This document shows positions 53,627-64,000 of a DNA stretch of 64,000 bases, one piece after another; position 1 is the first letter of the stretch; each line of letters begins with the position of its first letter. Origin of the DNA: Marsupella aquatica (Eukaryota; Plantae; Marchantiophyta). The stretch is from NCBI GenBank assembly GCA_973895155.1, contig OZ316895.1, positions 20,784,803 through 20,848,802 on the forward strand, read 5' to 3'. The position numbers and the translations under genes were made by a program. The notes under the pieces were generated by a model. That model ran no database searches and was not told the origin of the DNA. It worked only from the letters and a program-made list of their open reading frames with translations.

Positions 53627-54406
53627 TGCCTCCACTGACCGCGTCAGAAGCGATCGCCGGCAACTTCAAGCATACCACCGGCTCGACTGTAGCGAAATCT
53701 TGAACACTGGGCCGATTTTCTATTCAACGAAAACGAAAACGAAACGAAACCTCGAGTTGAAAACTTTGCGCAAGCTCTCCTGAAGTGCGTACACCCATAA
53801 ATTTGAGGCTCACGGCTCACGCAGCGAGTGGATTCTCTGGATTGTTTCGAGAAGTTCCACAGAGGAGAGCAAAGCTTGAGACCATTGTTTGGCGTCTGAA
53901 GCCCAGGTGTCTGTCAATCGATCGAATGTTTACTAGTCTTGCTTTTGTACACAGTCTAGTACTTGTGGGTCTTAATTAAGTGCCAAATATATACGATACT
54001 GGCAACCAGAAGAACAACACCCGAACCGGGAAAGAAGGTAGAAAAGAGAGGAGACCCATTAGAGCATCCGCACCGGTTTTGCGAGCCAACCCTGCCAAAG
54101 GGAAATTTGTCGCGGCCCTTTGGAGGCCTGCATCGAGAGGCCTGCATCGTGATATGGCCAGGGCGCGCAAGAGGCATTGCACCCGTGCCTTGTAAATCGA
54201 CGCCTGAAAACTGTTAACTCATGTTTGAACCAGAGCAACCCAGGTTCGAACTCCCTCCCCGACGCAGGAGCTCATCGCGGCTGCCGCGACAATGGAAAAA
54301 TCTGCAAGCAAGAACTGAGGCTTCCTCGCCGAAACTCCATAGCTGCGCCCCTTCTAGCTTTTCGCGAGAGTAAGAAGTTTGTCTGATTTCATAGGATTTC
54401 TATCAC

Positions 54407-55732
54407 ATGGATCATCTTGAAGCATGGAGATTGAATTTGCGCTTGCAGATTGAAGATGAGCTTAATTCAATGGAGGAGGAGCAAGATTTCTGGGAGAGGG
54501 CTACACTCGCTGGCCCCTTGTCTCTCCAAGGGCTCGGTACATTTGAGTAGAAACAACGCAAACAAGGTGGGGGATCAGTGCCTGGGAAGAGGCCCAATAA
54601 AGATCGAAAGAGAGAGCGGGGACATCAAGTAATTTGGGATGATTACTTTGCAGAGAATTGTACGTATGACAACAGAGATTTTCGACGTAGGTTTAGGATG
54701 ACGAGAAGATTGTTTCACAAAATTCACGTAGCAGTTTGTGCACATGATAGCTTCTTCCAACAGAGGCGAGATGCTGCAAACAAAATGGGGTTATCTGGTC
54801 TTTAGAAAATCATAGCTGCGCTTCGACAATTGGCTTTTGGCATTGGGGCGGATGCTACAGACGAATACTGTAGACTTGGAGAGTCCACAGCTAGGAAGTC
54901 ATTGTACAGATTCTGCCTGGCAATTCGACAATTGTATGAGGAAAAATACTTGAGGAAACCAGACAAGAGTGACTTCCTGAGATTGTTGGCTGTGAATGAA
55001 AGCAAAGGGTTCCCAAGAATGTTTGCTTCGTTAGACTGCATGCACTATGAGTGGAAAAACTGCCCTGTGGCTTGGCAAGGGCAATTCACAGACAAAGATG
55101 GGAACAAATCAATAGTCCTTGAGGCAATTGCAGATCATGAGCTTTGGATTTGGCATGCCTTCTTTGGCTTGCCTGGCGGTAACAATGACTTGAATGTCTT
55201 GGACAGATCTCCTCTGGTGAATGACATGTTGCACCAGCACTATGACCAACTGAACTACACCATCAATGGCACAGAGTACAAGAGAGCTTACCTCTTGGTG
55301 GATGGAATTTACCCCAAGTGGTCATGTTTTGTGACAACTTTTCACAAGCCCCAGACACAAAAGAAATGTTTTTTTGCCAAGTGCCAAGAGGCTGCCAGAA
55401 AAGATGTTGAAAGAGCCTTTGGAGTTCTTCAAGCAAGATGGGGAATTGTGAAGCAGCCAGCAAGAGCTTGGCATCTAGATAGGGTGCATACAATTTTGAT
55501 GGCTTGCATTGTCCTTCACAACATGATTATCGAGGATGAGAGAGGGGAGGAGCATGAAGATTTTCGGGTAGAGGCAGATCCTTTGCTGGCTGTTCAGAGA
55601 GGGCGAATGCCCTGGAGAGACTACCTAGCTGCCACAAGAGAGCTGGAGAATTCAACTAGTTGGAACACCCTCAGAAATGATTTAATTGAACATTTATGGA
55701 AACAGAAGGGTGACATCCGATTGGAAGAGTAG
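54407..55732 (+). pseudogene. Harbinger DDE transposase (HARBI1/ALP1-like), 441 codons with two in-frame TAG stops
   Basis: One frame from ATG 54407 with TAG at 54548 and 54803. Motifs DYF...FRRRFRM, SLDCMH.EWKNCP.AWQGQF, WIWHAFFG.PG.NND.NVL, YLLVDGIYP, RKDVERAFGVLQARW, ACIVLHNMIIEDE. Confidence 0.92.
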
Positions 55733-55939
55733 TTGCCTAGAAGCATTGTACGAAAATACATGAACAATAAAACTTTTTATTCAGTTGTGTGGTGTACAAA
55801 AGTCAGCTTTGTAGAACTTTGGCAGAGCTGTGTGCTATACAACTTTTTCTCTACGTACTGTAAGACAATATCTTCAACATTGACGTCAATGGCAGTGCAC
55901 GAAAATGATGTGCAAAGACCGATACCGACCCACAACCGT

Positions 55940-56179
55940 TCAAGTGTCAAATTGATCTTCTTCCTCATTGTCGTCTGACTCCTGTAGGCTACGAAGGAGG
56001 GCTCGCTCATACGAATTTGAAGCCCACTCATTCAGCACATAGTGAACGACAGGAGTCTTCTATCTCGGTTGCTGTGGGGCCTTCTCCTTTGCAATGGGAG
56101 TTTTACTATGCATGGGCCTCACAATGGATGGCACTGGCTGTGAACGAGTAGTGGAGCTTTCCGAGCTCGAAGTTGACAT
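55940..56179 (-). pseudogene. Cryptic small ORF (79 codons, one internal TAG) between the two Harbinger genes
   Basis: MSTSSSESSTTRSQPVPSIVRPMHSKTPIAKEKAPQQPR*KTPVVHYVLNEWASNSYERALLRSLQESDDNEEEDQFDT*; internal TAG at 56060-56062. Confidence 0.4.
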
Positions 56180-56790
56180 ACTTGATGAGGGCCGGTACTT
56201 TCAGGTCGAATAGCTTCCTCAGCCCCTGCGCACACCAATACCACGACCTCCCAACACCTAATTGAACCTGAAATAAGGAGCTTTGGGCAACTCCTTTCTC
56301 CAGATATTACAGATTTGCAAAGGCAAAATTTCAGCAGGCTTTCCCCAGGCAAGAAAATGCAAGCAAGATAGGCCAAAAAACGTGAGCTTCTCAAACCTGC
56401 TTGCACACAAAAACACAAGTTGTTGGAAATCCTGGTGTGCACAATAAAAGACCACGAAACTTGCCCCAGCCTGGTGACAAGACCGAGAAGATGTCAGGCC
56501 TGTACCGAGAAGCTCACATGTCTGTACCGTGGGAGCTCTAAAGGTCTGTACAGTGGAGCTCTCAGGTTTGTACCGTGGGAGACAAGGCCATACTGAATTG
56601 CCTGACATTGGGGCACACAATCTTACAGCTTGTACATGTGACAATTGGGGCATGCACGCTTCACAAATTAATTGCAGAGCATAATTGAGTCACAATTTAC
56701 CAGCATTGGTCCAAAAAACTTCAATTTAGAATTGAGTACATATACGCATATAAAGCAAAACATGAAAGAAATTCTAAGAATTTTAATTGA

Positions 56791-57735
56791 CTACTGGGGG
56801 GATGCTCGATCAATTTCATCTGCCGGTGAAGACTGTTCATCACTAGGCAGTGGACTTAAAAGCGAAGTCCTGGATGCCCTGGGTGGGAAAGGGGAGTGTA
56901 CTGGAGGGCTCCCAGTTGAGATCCTGTCCATCAACTTGGCCATTTCATTACTTTTCCAAACTCTCAAAAAGTCCAATGTGTCACTGTCGAGGTGCGCTGT
57001 AGGCAAGGTAAGCATATTCATGAATGTTTGGCTTTCCAAAACTCTCAAACGTTGCACTCCTGTTTCAGCCATCACCTTTTGAGCTTGGGCAGCCATCTTG
57101 AAAGCATCTTCATGAGCTTTTAGTTTCTTTGTATTCTCCTTTGCCAGCTTGGTTCCAAGCGGTCGCTTGCTTGAATTTCCTTGAGAACTGTCCTGCTCAT
57201 TTGGGTCCTTCTCTGCTTCGGACTGAAGATTGTTTGGCCCCTCGTCTGACAAGCGGGTGTACTCCTGATCTCCTTGCTCCCTACATGGTGTCCCCACTGG
57301 CTGCTTCCGTTTGCCATTTCCCTTGGTCATCTGGTCTTCTGGCAGCATCCACCTTGGGCAGTCCTTGAGAATGTCGTAGCACACTAGAAACGAAAAATCT
57401 TTCCCCTTTGAATGTCGAGTCTTGTACAACTCTTTTGCCTTATTCAATGTGTCATCGCTATTGGTACCAGAAATGTCAAGATCCTTGACTGATTTATAGC
57501 ATCCAATAAAACGAGTTGTGGCCTTCCGAACATCACCCCACTTGCTCTCAAGCGATTTTGCTGTTCTACTCTCAAGTCCTTTTGGCTTATTTCTATCGCA
57601 GTGCTCCCCGACACGTTCCCAAAAATTCTCCCTCTTTTGCCCAGACCCAACACACGGGTCTTGTGAAATCTCTAGGTACGAGTAGCAAAGTTGCTTCAGT
57701 TCTGCTGGACTAAAATTCTTCCCTCGTTGGGCCAT
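56791..57735 (-). CDS. Harbinger-associated Myb/SANT-like DNA-binding protein with NAM-associated region, 314 aa
   Basis: RGKNFS..E...LC.SYL.ISQDP..G.GQK...FWERV, R...SLESKW, F.F..CY.ILKDCPRW, KRPLGTKLAK. Confidence 0.9.
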   Translation of the reverse strand: MAQRGKNFSPAELKQLCYSYLEISQDPCVGSGQKRENFWERVGEHCDRNKPKGLESRTAKSLESKWGDVRKATTRFIGCYKSVKDLDISGTNSDDTLNKAKELYKTRHSKGKDFSFLVCYDILKDCPRWMLPEDQMTKGNGKRKQPVGTPCREQGDQEYTRLSDEGPNNLQSEAEKDPNEQDSSQGNSSKRPLGTKLAKENTKKLKAHEDAFKMAAQAQKVMAETGVQRLRVLESQTFMNMLTLPTAHLDSDTLDFLRVWKSNEMAKLMDRISTGSPPVHSPFPPRASRTSLLSPLPSDEQSSPADEIDRASPQ

Positions 57736-58200
57736 GTCGTCAGATCACACACAAGGCACTGTCAATCACTGGGCATGCATTGTGCGGTACGTTAAAATTT
57801 GGGAGTCGGGACCACAATAGGTGCGCAGAAAAACGTGTGCTGCACTGTGCACTCGACAAGGCTGGCAGAGCACACTCGACAAGCTTTGGCAGAGCTCTGC
57901 CTTTGAATGCAGACACTGGTGCCAATTTCAGAAAAAAGTGAGGGAACGCTGCAGGGTGCCTGGGATGTCAACATGTGGAGCGGGCTGGAGCGTAGATGAT
58001 GTTTGGCAGCATTGGCAAAAGGGGAATGCGGACCTGGAAAAGGGCCAAGTATTCCGGTCGGGAAACTGCTGGACACAAACACTTGCATAAATTTTCGCGA
58101 TACGGAGCACCAGTGCAACCCAATAAAATGCCTAAACCCTGTATAATCTGCGATATGCCAGCCCGCAGCCCGATGGCGAGCACCGGTGGGGATGCTCTTA

Positions 58201-58362
58201 GGGAGTGTCAAAAGGAGTTGTGTAACTCACTTACAAATGAGGACATAAATTGCTTTTACGGGCGAAGACAAAATCATTAAGGGGAGACCAAAATACATAC
58301 CCCATACGCATTTTATGTCCAAAGCCCTAAGACTCTGCTTACAGGAGAACTTTGACATGCCC
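58201..58362. mobile_element. TA-flanked MITE abutting the Harbinger right end
   Basis: TA|GGGAGTGTCAAA ... TTTGACATGCCC|TA; same TIR family as 26013-26499; another terminus GGGCGTCT starts at 58368. Confidence 0.75.
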
Positions 58363-59078
58363 TAATAGGGCGTCTGAAGCTTGCTGTTTCCCTTTTTCCC
58401 ACTGACCCCTTCATAGAAATCTAAGTAGGCAACCTAGACCAAAACCCAACTTTTGGGCTAACTTAATCCAGGGTTCCAGATTTGGGTTTCAGCATGCTCC
58501 TGGGGTAAATTGGGCTCCTGGGGTAAATTGGGCATCGTATTTTTTGGTACAGACCCCGGTAGCACACCGCCAGAGTTATTGACGGTCATATTTTGTGAGA
58601 ATGGCATAGCTTTGGTTTGCGACCTGGCCCACAACATTTCAATCCCAAGAAACCTCTTGAAATGAGCTGGTTTGAGATGCTTTAATATAGGGAGTCTCAA
58701 ACTAGCTCATTTCCTAAGGTTTACTCTGACCAAAATGAAATGTAGCAGGTCGGGTCATTAACCAAAAATCTGTGGTTCTGGCAAACTTGACCATCAGCAA
58801 CTCAGACTGTCAGCGCCCCGGCGACTCCAAAAAATTGCTCGTTGCTGTATGTTGCAGCACCCCTCTACAAATGTTGGAACCCTTAAAGAGTTATTGGTGA
58901 ATTATTGGTGCTCAATTGACTCGCAGTGCAAGTTGAAACCTGTCTCAAACCCTAAAGTTGAGCTTAGCTCAGGGTCATGGATGTAGATTTCTCATAGCGT
59001 CTGACTGAAAAGAAATGGGAAAGAGAATATTTGAAAAGTCAATATATAAAGGGGAGAAAACAAGCATGGGGTCCAATA

Positions 59079-59225
59079 GGGCGTCTCAAATTTCCCGTTG
59101 CTGCTTCCAGTTGCGGTCAGAGACGGAATCCCAGGAAAAAAGTGTCCGCACACTGCTGAACCGTGACCAAAACTGCTAGTTCCGGGCCTCTTTTTTTTCC
59201 CGCGACTCCAAGGATTGAGACGCCC
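59079..59225. mobile_element. TA-flanked MITE, same family as 9050-9215
   Basis: TA|GGGCGTCTCAA ... TTGAGACGCCC|TA. Confidence 0.85.
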
Positions 59226-62200
59226 TAATATATAGGGGAGAAAATAGGGGAGAAACAAGGTAGAAACCCAGAAAGACTTGAGGCCACAACGCCAGAGAGT
59301 CCACACTAGTGTAGTAGGATTTTGGGCTCCCAATGCTTGACTTCACTCTTTCTTAAAGATTTTGCTTATTTCAAAAATGAAAGAAATGTCTTGCCCCTGT
59401 TGTGGGTTTTCTGTTATTCTGGTGGCCCTTATTGAGTTTTCATGCCCTTTTGTAGGTCAGTTAAATTTTTGGGCCTTGCCATGGAAAAATAACTTAGTTA
59501 GGAATTTAATTCTGGTGTTCTGGCAGTTCCCTTTGAAGCGACATTAAACCTGTTATTTTGGCCCGTCTAGCAATGTAAAGGTTTTATCCACCCCCAAGTT
59601 GAGTCAGATGAAAAGCAACCATACATGTAAATAAACATGAACTTATGGCAGACCTGAGAAAGTTTCAAATGGGAAGCTGAACCCCAATTGTCACCAAGTG
59701 AAGATCCTCCAAGCAAAGCCCCCCTGACAAATCTCATTATTCAAAATGTCGAACTGGCACCGTTGCCAAGTGGCAAAAGAGAAGAGGGGTTTGACTATGG
59801 AATACAATATATGCTCAATGACATCATTCACATAGATCTATGTTATGTGGAGAAGGAACAGCATGGGAGTGGGTAATCCTTCATTTGGTCATTTTGTGCT
59901 TTTCCCTGTACTTAATGCCCTCATCAGTGTTTTCTCTTTCTAATTTCCCTCTTCTTTGTAATTTTCCTCTGCATTACGGAGAAGAATGCATAGTCAATTT
60001 GGATTAGCTCAATATGAAACTTCTCATATAATTTTACTAAAAAAATTAAAAATCAATAATTTCTTAGCCTTTGAAATGTATTAATGTCATGTTACCCAGA
60101 GCATTATGGGCAATAATAGCCCCTCAAAACTCAAACTACAGTCCTCTAACCATATTCTTGTAGACCCCCAACTCCTTCAGTTACCAAGTGTTTCTGCAGC
60201 CCTTGCCCCCACTCCTTTTTTGACCCTTCTTCTACAACAGCTACAGTTGGTTGTCTTGCCCTTTTCGCAATTCTACATATAGAGTTGGCTCTTCCCCCAC
60301 CTCTTACACCACCCACCACCACCAAGCCCACTCTCTCTTCCAACTATTGAATCTGCACCATTGGTTTTTCTGGGGTCATCCCAAAATTTAATATGTTGTT
60401 CTTCCTTCAGGGCCACCCCACCAGTTTTCTTTCCAATTTCCTATGTTTTGTCCATTTGGTCACATAATCTGTGAGAGCAGTTTCCAGTGCCCTTCTGGAT
60501 TCTTCTGTTTTCCAGTTTTCATATTTGGTCACAATCTTCTTGAGAGCACTTTCCAGTGCGCTTCTTGAGATTGTTCTGGGAAACTGACAAATTTGACTTT
60601 ACTTCAGGTTCTGCGGGACTTGCTCCATGCTCCCTCAGACTCACCCCTCACCTGGGTCTGCAGTCTCCACTCTATATAAGTCTACTCCAATCACTCCTAA
60701 GTAATATCAGCCGAAAGATTCAATTCCTTTCAACGCATGGACAGTTGGGTTCTGGCTGTCAAAACGAGAAAAGTGAATGGTGGCTTCGAAGTGACCGTCC
60801 TGAGAGACTGTTCCCGATGACAGAGTAACCGCAGTAGAAGTTGATCTCGAAATTGTGACCAGATTGGTAAAGAGGAAAGCAGACTCACCATTTCACATAG
60901 GTTTGCACTTGGTCAAGGTCTGTGTTCGTTTTTCTCTTCCCTTAAGCCTCTTTATGTGTTCACAATTGGTGCATCCCATCCCAGCATTTTTTTGTCTCCG
61001 TTATTACTCTGGTCCTCTCCCTACTTGTTTCTTTGAAGCCTTCCAATGAATTCTGGTCCTTCCCCTTCCCTGATTCCCTTTTGTCTACACTAAGCTATTG
61101 CCCTCACACCATCGGATTGTTTTTGTCTAGAATACCCAATCTCTGCAGAATTGTGAAGCTAATTCAAAATTAGTTCCTTCTACCCTTAGTGCCGTGTTTT
61201 CCGTTTCGCTTTTATTTTGCGTACGCATGTACTATCTCGACCTCAACCCCACTTTCTGTCCTTCCTAAAACTTTACTGTCGTCTGGATCTTTTGGACATA
61301 GAAAACCACTTTCTCTGCCTCGGAACTGCGGCTGGGAGGAATACCAGATGGTAAATCTCTTTCGTTTATGCCGTACATCGAATTTCGCTTGTAGCCGAGA
61401 ACTTGGAACAGCCTTGCTTAGGTTCTCGTCTTAGATCTGGTGTTAGAAATAGAGACACCCACTTCTCAGTCTGTCTGACAATGTAGCGATATCCTTCTCT
61501 ATGATTGGAACCGGCGCATGGCATCCTGAATTCTATCGCCCACAGTATCGTAGCTATTAGGTGAATGATAATTGGACTGCACATAGGGAGGGTCATTTAT
61601 TCGCTCACAATTCACCTTCAGGAATATGTCAGTCTCCCCATGCACACCCAATTCGTCTTCCTTGATTTAGTGAACTTAACTCCTGATAGCCTTCAATTCC
61701 CTTTTTCTCGAGGACGTTCACAAGGAAACTACTTGTACACTTCAAAGCATGCTGACAGATACTCAGACAAAGAGAAGTGTTTCAGCTGGGATTCAACAAT
61801 TGAAAGCTTGCCTTCATATTGTTGACATTCTTCGAATTTTTCGAAGGGCTGACTTATGACCATTGAGGAAGCACTTGAATTCTTAACACCCTTAAAGCAT
61901 TATAGCTAACATTTCAAATCTAGTCGAAGCAACAAGGTGCAGTAGCCTTTATCCTGGCACCAGGCTCACTCAGCTTATGTTTAAAACTTTTTTCGACCTC
62001 TTCTCAAATGTAGAGAATTCATTCTGCAGCCACAGCCAGTACAACCAGTGATCTTGCAACCTTATAGTTGACGACAGTAGCCCTCTTGGTCACCCAAATC
62101 TGCATCTATATCTACTATGCATATGCCCGAATCTCAGGACTTCATGACGCTCGGCAGGTATAATAAAATTAATCATGAAGGGAGAAGGGAAGGATTATGT

Positions 62201-62622
62201 TACTACTGATCAACATCGAAATCTATCTACATTTACAAGAATTACAGAGCTCAAGATGTACACATGGAAGCGGTCCTTCATCATCAACGAGATCTAACGC
62301 CGGCCGCCGCATGGACTAAGGGTCTTCATTTTTTACAAATTTTGACCTACCTCTGAACAAGCTCAGAAACCTTGGCAGCGATCACGAATCAACAAGAGCT
62401 TCCTGAAAGAAAAGAAGTTTCTGACCCAAGATGTAGATCAGTTTGCTCCACAGATGCAGATGCCAGTGTTCTCGTTGCTATCTTGAGGTTAAGATCGTTA
62501 ACCTATTAGAGTATGTTTCAGCTGTGCACCTCTGCTAATCCCATAGCAACACCTTTAAAGAATTCTATACACTAACTAGCACAGATCTCACGGGATGAAC
62601 CGCCATAAGGGCCAGAAAAAAA

Positions 62623-64000
62623 TCATTTCCTACGATCATGTAATAGTTCGGCATTGTCGTCGTCATCGACAAGGGGCAGGAGAACGATCTTGTCATCGCG
62701 CGTCAGCATCGTTAATAACATTCTTATTTCTGAATATGCCATCACTGCAACTGCTCGGAAGGAGTTTGCCACTTTCTTGGTCAAACTCTTTACTGTCTTT
62801 GAGGTGATACTGGCTACTTCCCCTTTAGCTGTAACCCAGGAAAACCTTCCAATGTCGCAAAAAACCTCGTACCGCTCATGACGAGCGAGCTCGTCTTCCA
62901 AGGCTTTCAGAGACTGTGCTCTACTTTCCTGCAGTACTTCCTGCAGTTCGACTCCACCCTCCTCATCATCCATTCCGCTCAAAAAGTCCACCGGTACAAA
63001 ACTCTGGCAGCCAGTGAAAGAACTCTCCAAATACTCTCTGTTTTCATCGATCCAGTTCGAGTCTGCGCCGGTAATCACAACAGTGAACTGGTACCTGATG
63101 TTCTCCCCAAAAAGTAAGAGGAAAAACTGCCAGAGTCTCTGCTCTAGCTGATCAATTTTATCCTTCTTCAATACATATAGGTAGTGGGAATAGATTCCCT
63201 CGACCATCCGCACGTATTTCTTTAGCCTCCTTTGGGCCACGTCCGAAGTTGTAGTGCTGAGGTCACTACTGGGCTCTCCAAAGCCTGGAGTGTCTACAAC
63301 ATACCATCCCCTCCCTTCCCCGTGAACGACTCTCTTAGTAGCTCCTCTGATACTTGAGCTAATGCGGAAGGGGTTGGTTCCACAAGGGTCGTCGAGTTCT
63401 CCTGAGATGAGCATTCGAGCGACGGTTGACTTCCCACTGCCTGCCCTCCCGAACAAGATCACACTCTCAGGGCCCCAAGGCCCGAATGTTGTATCTCTCC
63501 TTGTCACCTCTTTGAGGAGAAACGGCGTCATGAATCTCCCGGGATTATATCCCATTACGCTGGCAGGCTCCGGTACTCCATTCCTCGACAAGTTCGCCAA
63601 CACTACATTGTCTGGAGGGATTCCCTCCTTTACGAGAACATCCTTCATCTCGCACCTCTGAAACTGCATCTGAGGGGAGTTCTGGGAGCTCACGAGCATA
63701 ATTTTCGCCTCTTTGTGCTCCTTGAAAATGTACGCCAGCAGGGGCAGCCAGCTGACAAGACGATGAGGGTACTGACTTTCATTGAAGCCGTCGATAATGA
63801 AGTCTGCGGGACGGGAAGAGTTGACGACCCCCACCAACACAACTCTTCTGCCGAACAGCCTCCTAAGCGAGTTCACGGAAATCCATTTCCTCGCATATTT
63901 CGACCGATCTAGATCCTCAAAATAAGTGCTTTGAAAGGGCACGGTATCGATCAGGACTGGACATGTCGGATCCGCTTCCGTGGCAAATACCCGAACCCCA
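62623..64000 (-). CDS. AIG1/GIMAP-like P-loop GTPase with an uncharacterised N-terminal domain; 5' end outside the window
   Basis: G1 VILFGRAGSGKST, G2 RGAT, G3 VVDTPGFGE, G4-like VVITGAD; the frame stays open from 63942 to the window edge. Confidence 0.85.
   Translation of the reverse strand, partial: GVRVFATEADPTCPVLIDTVPFQSTYFEDLDRSKYARKWISVNSLRRLFGRRVVLVGVVNSSRPADFIIDGFNESQYPHRLVSWLPLLAYIFKEHKEAKIMLVSSQNSPQMQFQRCEMKDVLVKEGIPPDNVVLANLSRNGVPEPASVMGYNPGRFMTPFLLKEVTRRDTTFGPWGPESVILFGRAGSGKSTVARMLISGELDDPCGTNPFRISSSIRGATKRVVHGEGRGWYVVDTPGFGEPSSDLSTTTSDVAQRRLKKYVRMVEGIYSHYLYVLKKDKIDQLEQRLWQFFLLLFGENIRYQFTVVITGADSNWIDENREYLESSFTGCQSFVPVDFLSGMDDEEGGVELQEVLQESRAQSLKALEDELARHERYEVFCDIGRFSWVTAKGEVASITSKTVKSLTKKVANSFRAVAVMAYSEIRMLLTMLTRDDKIVLLPLVDDDDNAELLHDRRK

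Larger units (their letters stand above)
54062..58197. mobile_element. Full-length PIF/Harbinger DNA transposon (4136 bp)
   Basis: TTA|GAGCATCCGCACCGGT ... ACCGGTGGGGATGCTC|TTA (TIRs plus TTA target duplication); convergent DDE transposase and Myb/SANT ORFs. Confidence 0.95.

Noticed and set aside
53033-53783. Plus-strand ORFs of 178 and 133 aa
   Set aside because: Antisense shadows of the p24 gene
54230-54270. tRNA/SINE B-box-like GGTTCGAACTCC
   Set aside because: No A-box or cloverleaf; lies within the Harbinger subterminal region
54407-57735. TAG reassignment or U-to-C editing rescuing the transposase
   Set aside because: Both Harbinger genes end in TAG followed by AT-rich UTR-like sequence, and plant U-to-C editing is organellar; point mutation is simpler

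Overview
Eukaryotic nuclear DNA from a land plant, most likely a non-seed plant such as a liverwort (inferred from a WASH-complex gene together with plant-type FKBP, ARM and p24 genes). Seven protein genes are supported. Five are intronless: a thylakoid FKBP17-type PPIase, an ARM-repeat protein without a U-box, a MAP3K-like probable pseudokinase, a p24beta cargo receptor, and an AIG1-like GTPase cut by the window edge. Two are spliced and were rebuilt by hand in phase: WASHC3/CCDC53 and a 10-exon mitochondrial carrier. A complete 4.1 kb PIF/Harbinger transposon (TIRs, TTA duplication) carries a transposase broken by two TAG stops, an intact Myb/SANT partner, and a cryptic third small ORF with a UIM-like motif. 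Also present: stacked non-autonomous Helitron ends, a TA-flanked MITE family, solo-LTR remnants, foldbacks and many minisatellites. The best leads are the Harbinger third ORF and a pre-miRNA-like hairpin at about 18.87-18.95 kb whose 3' arm reads like a cytochrome P450 WxxxR motif. No database searches were possible; all family calls come from motif recognition.
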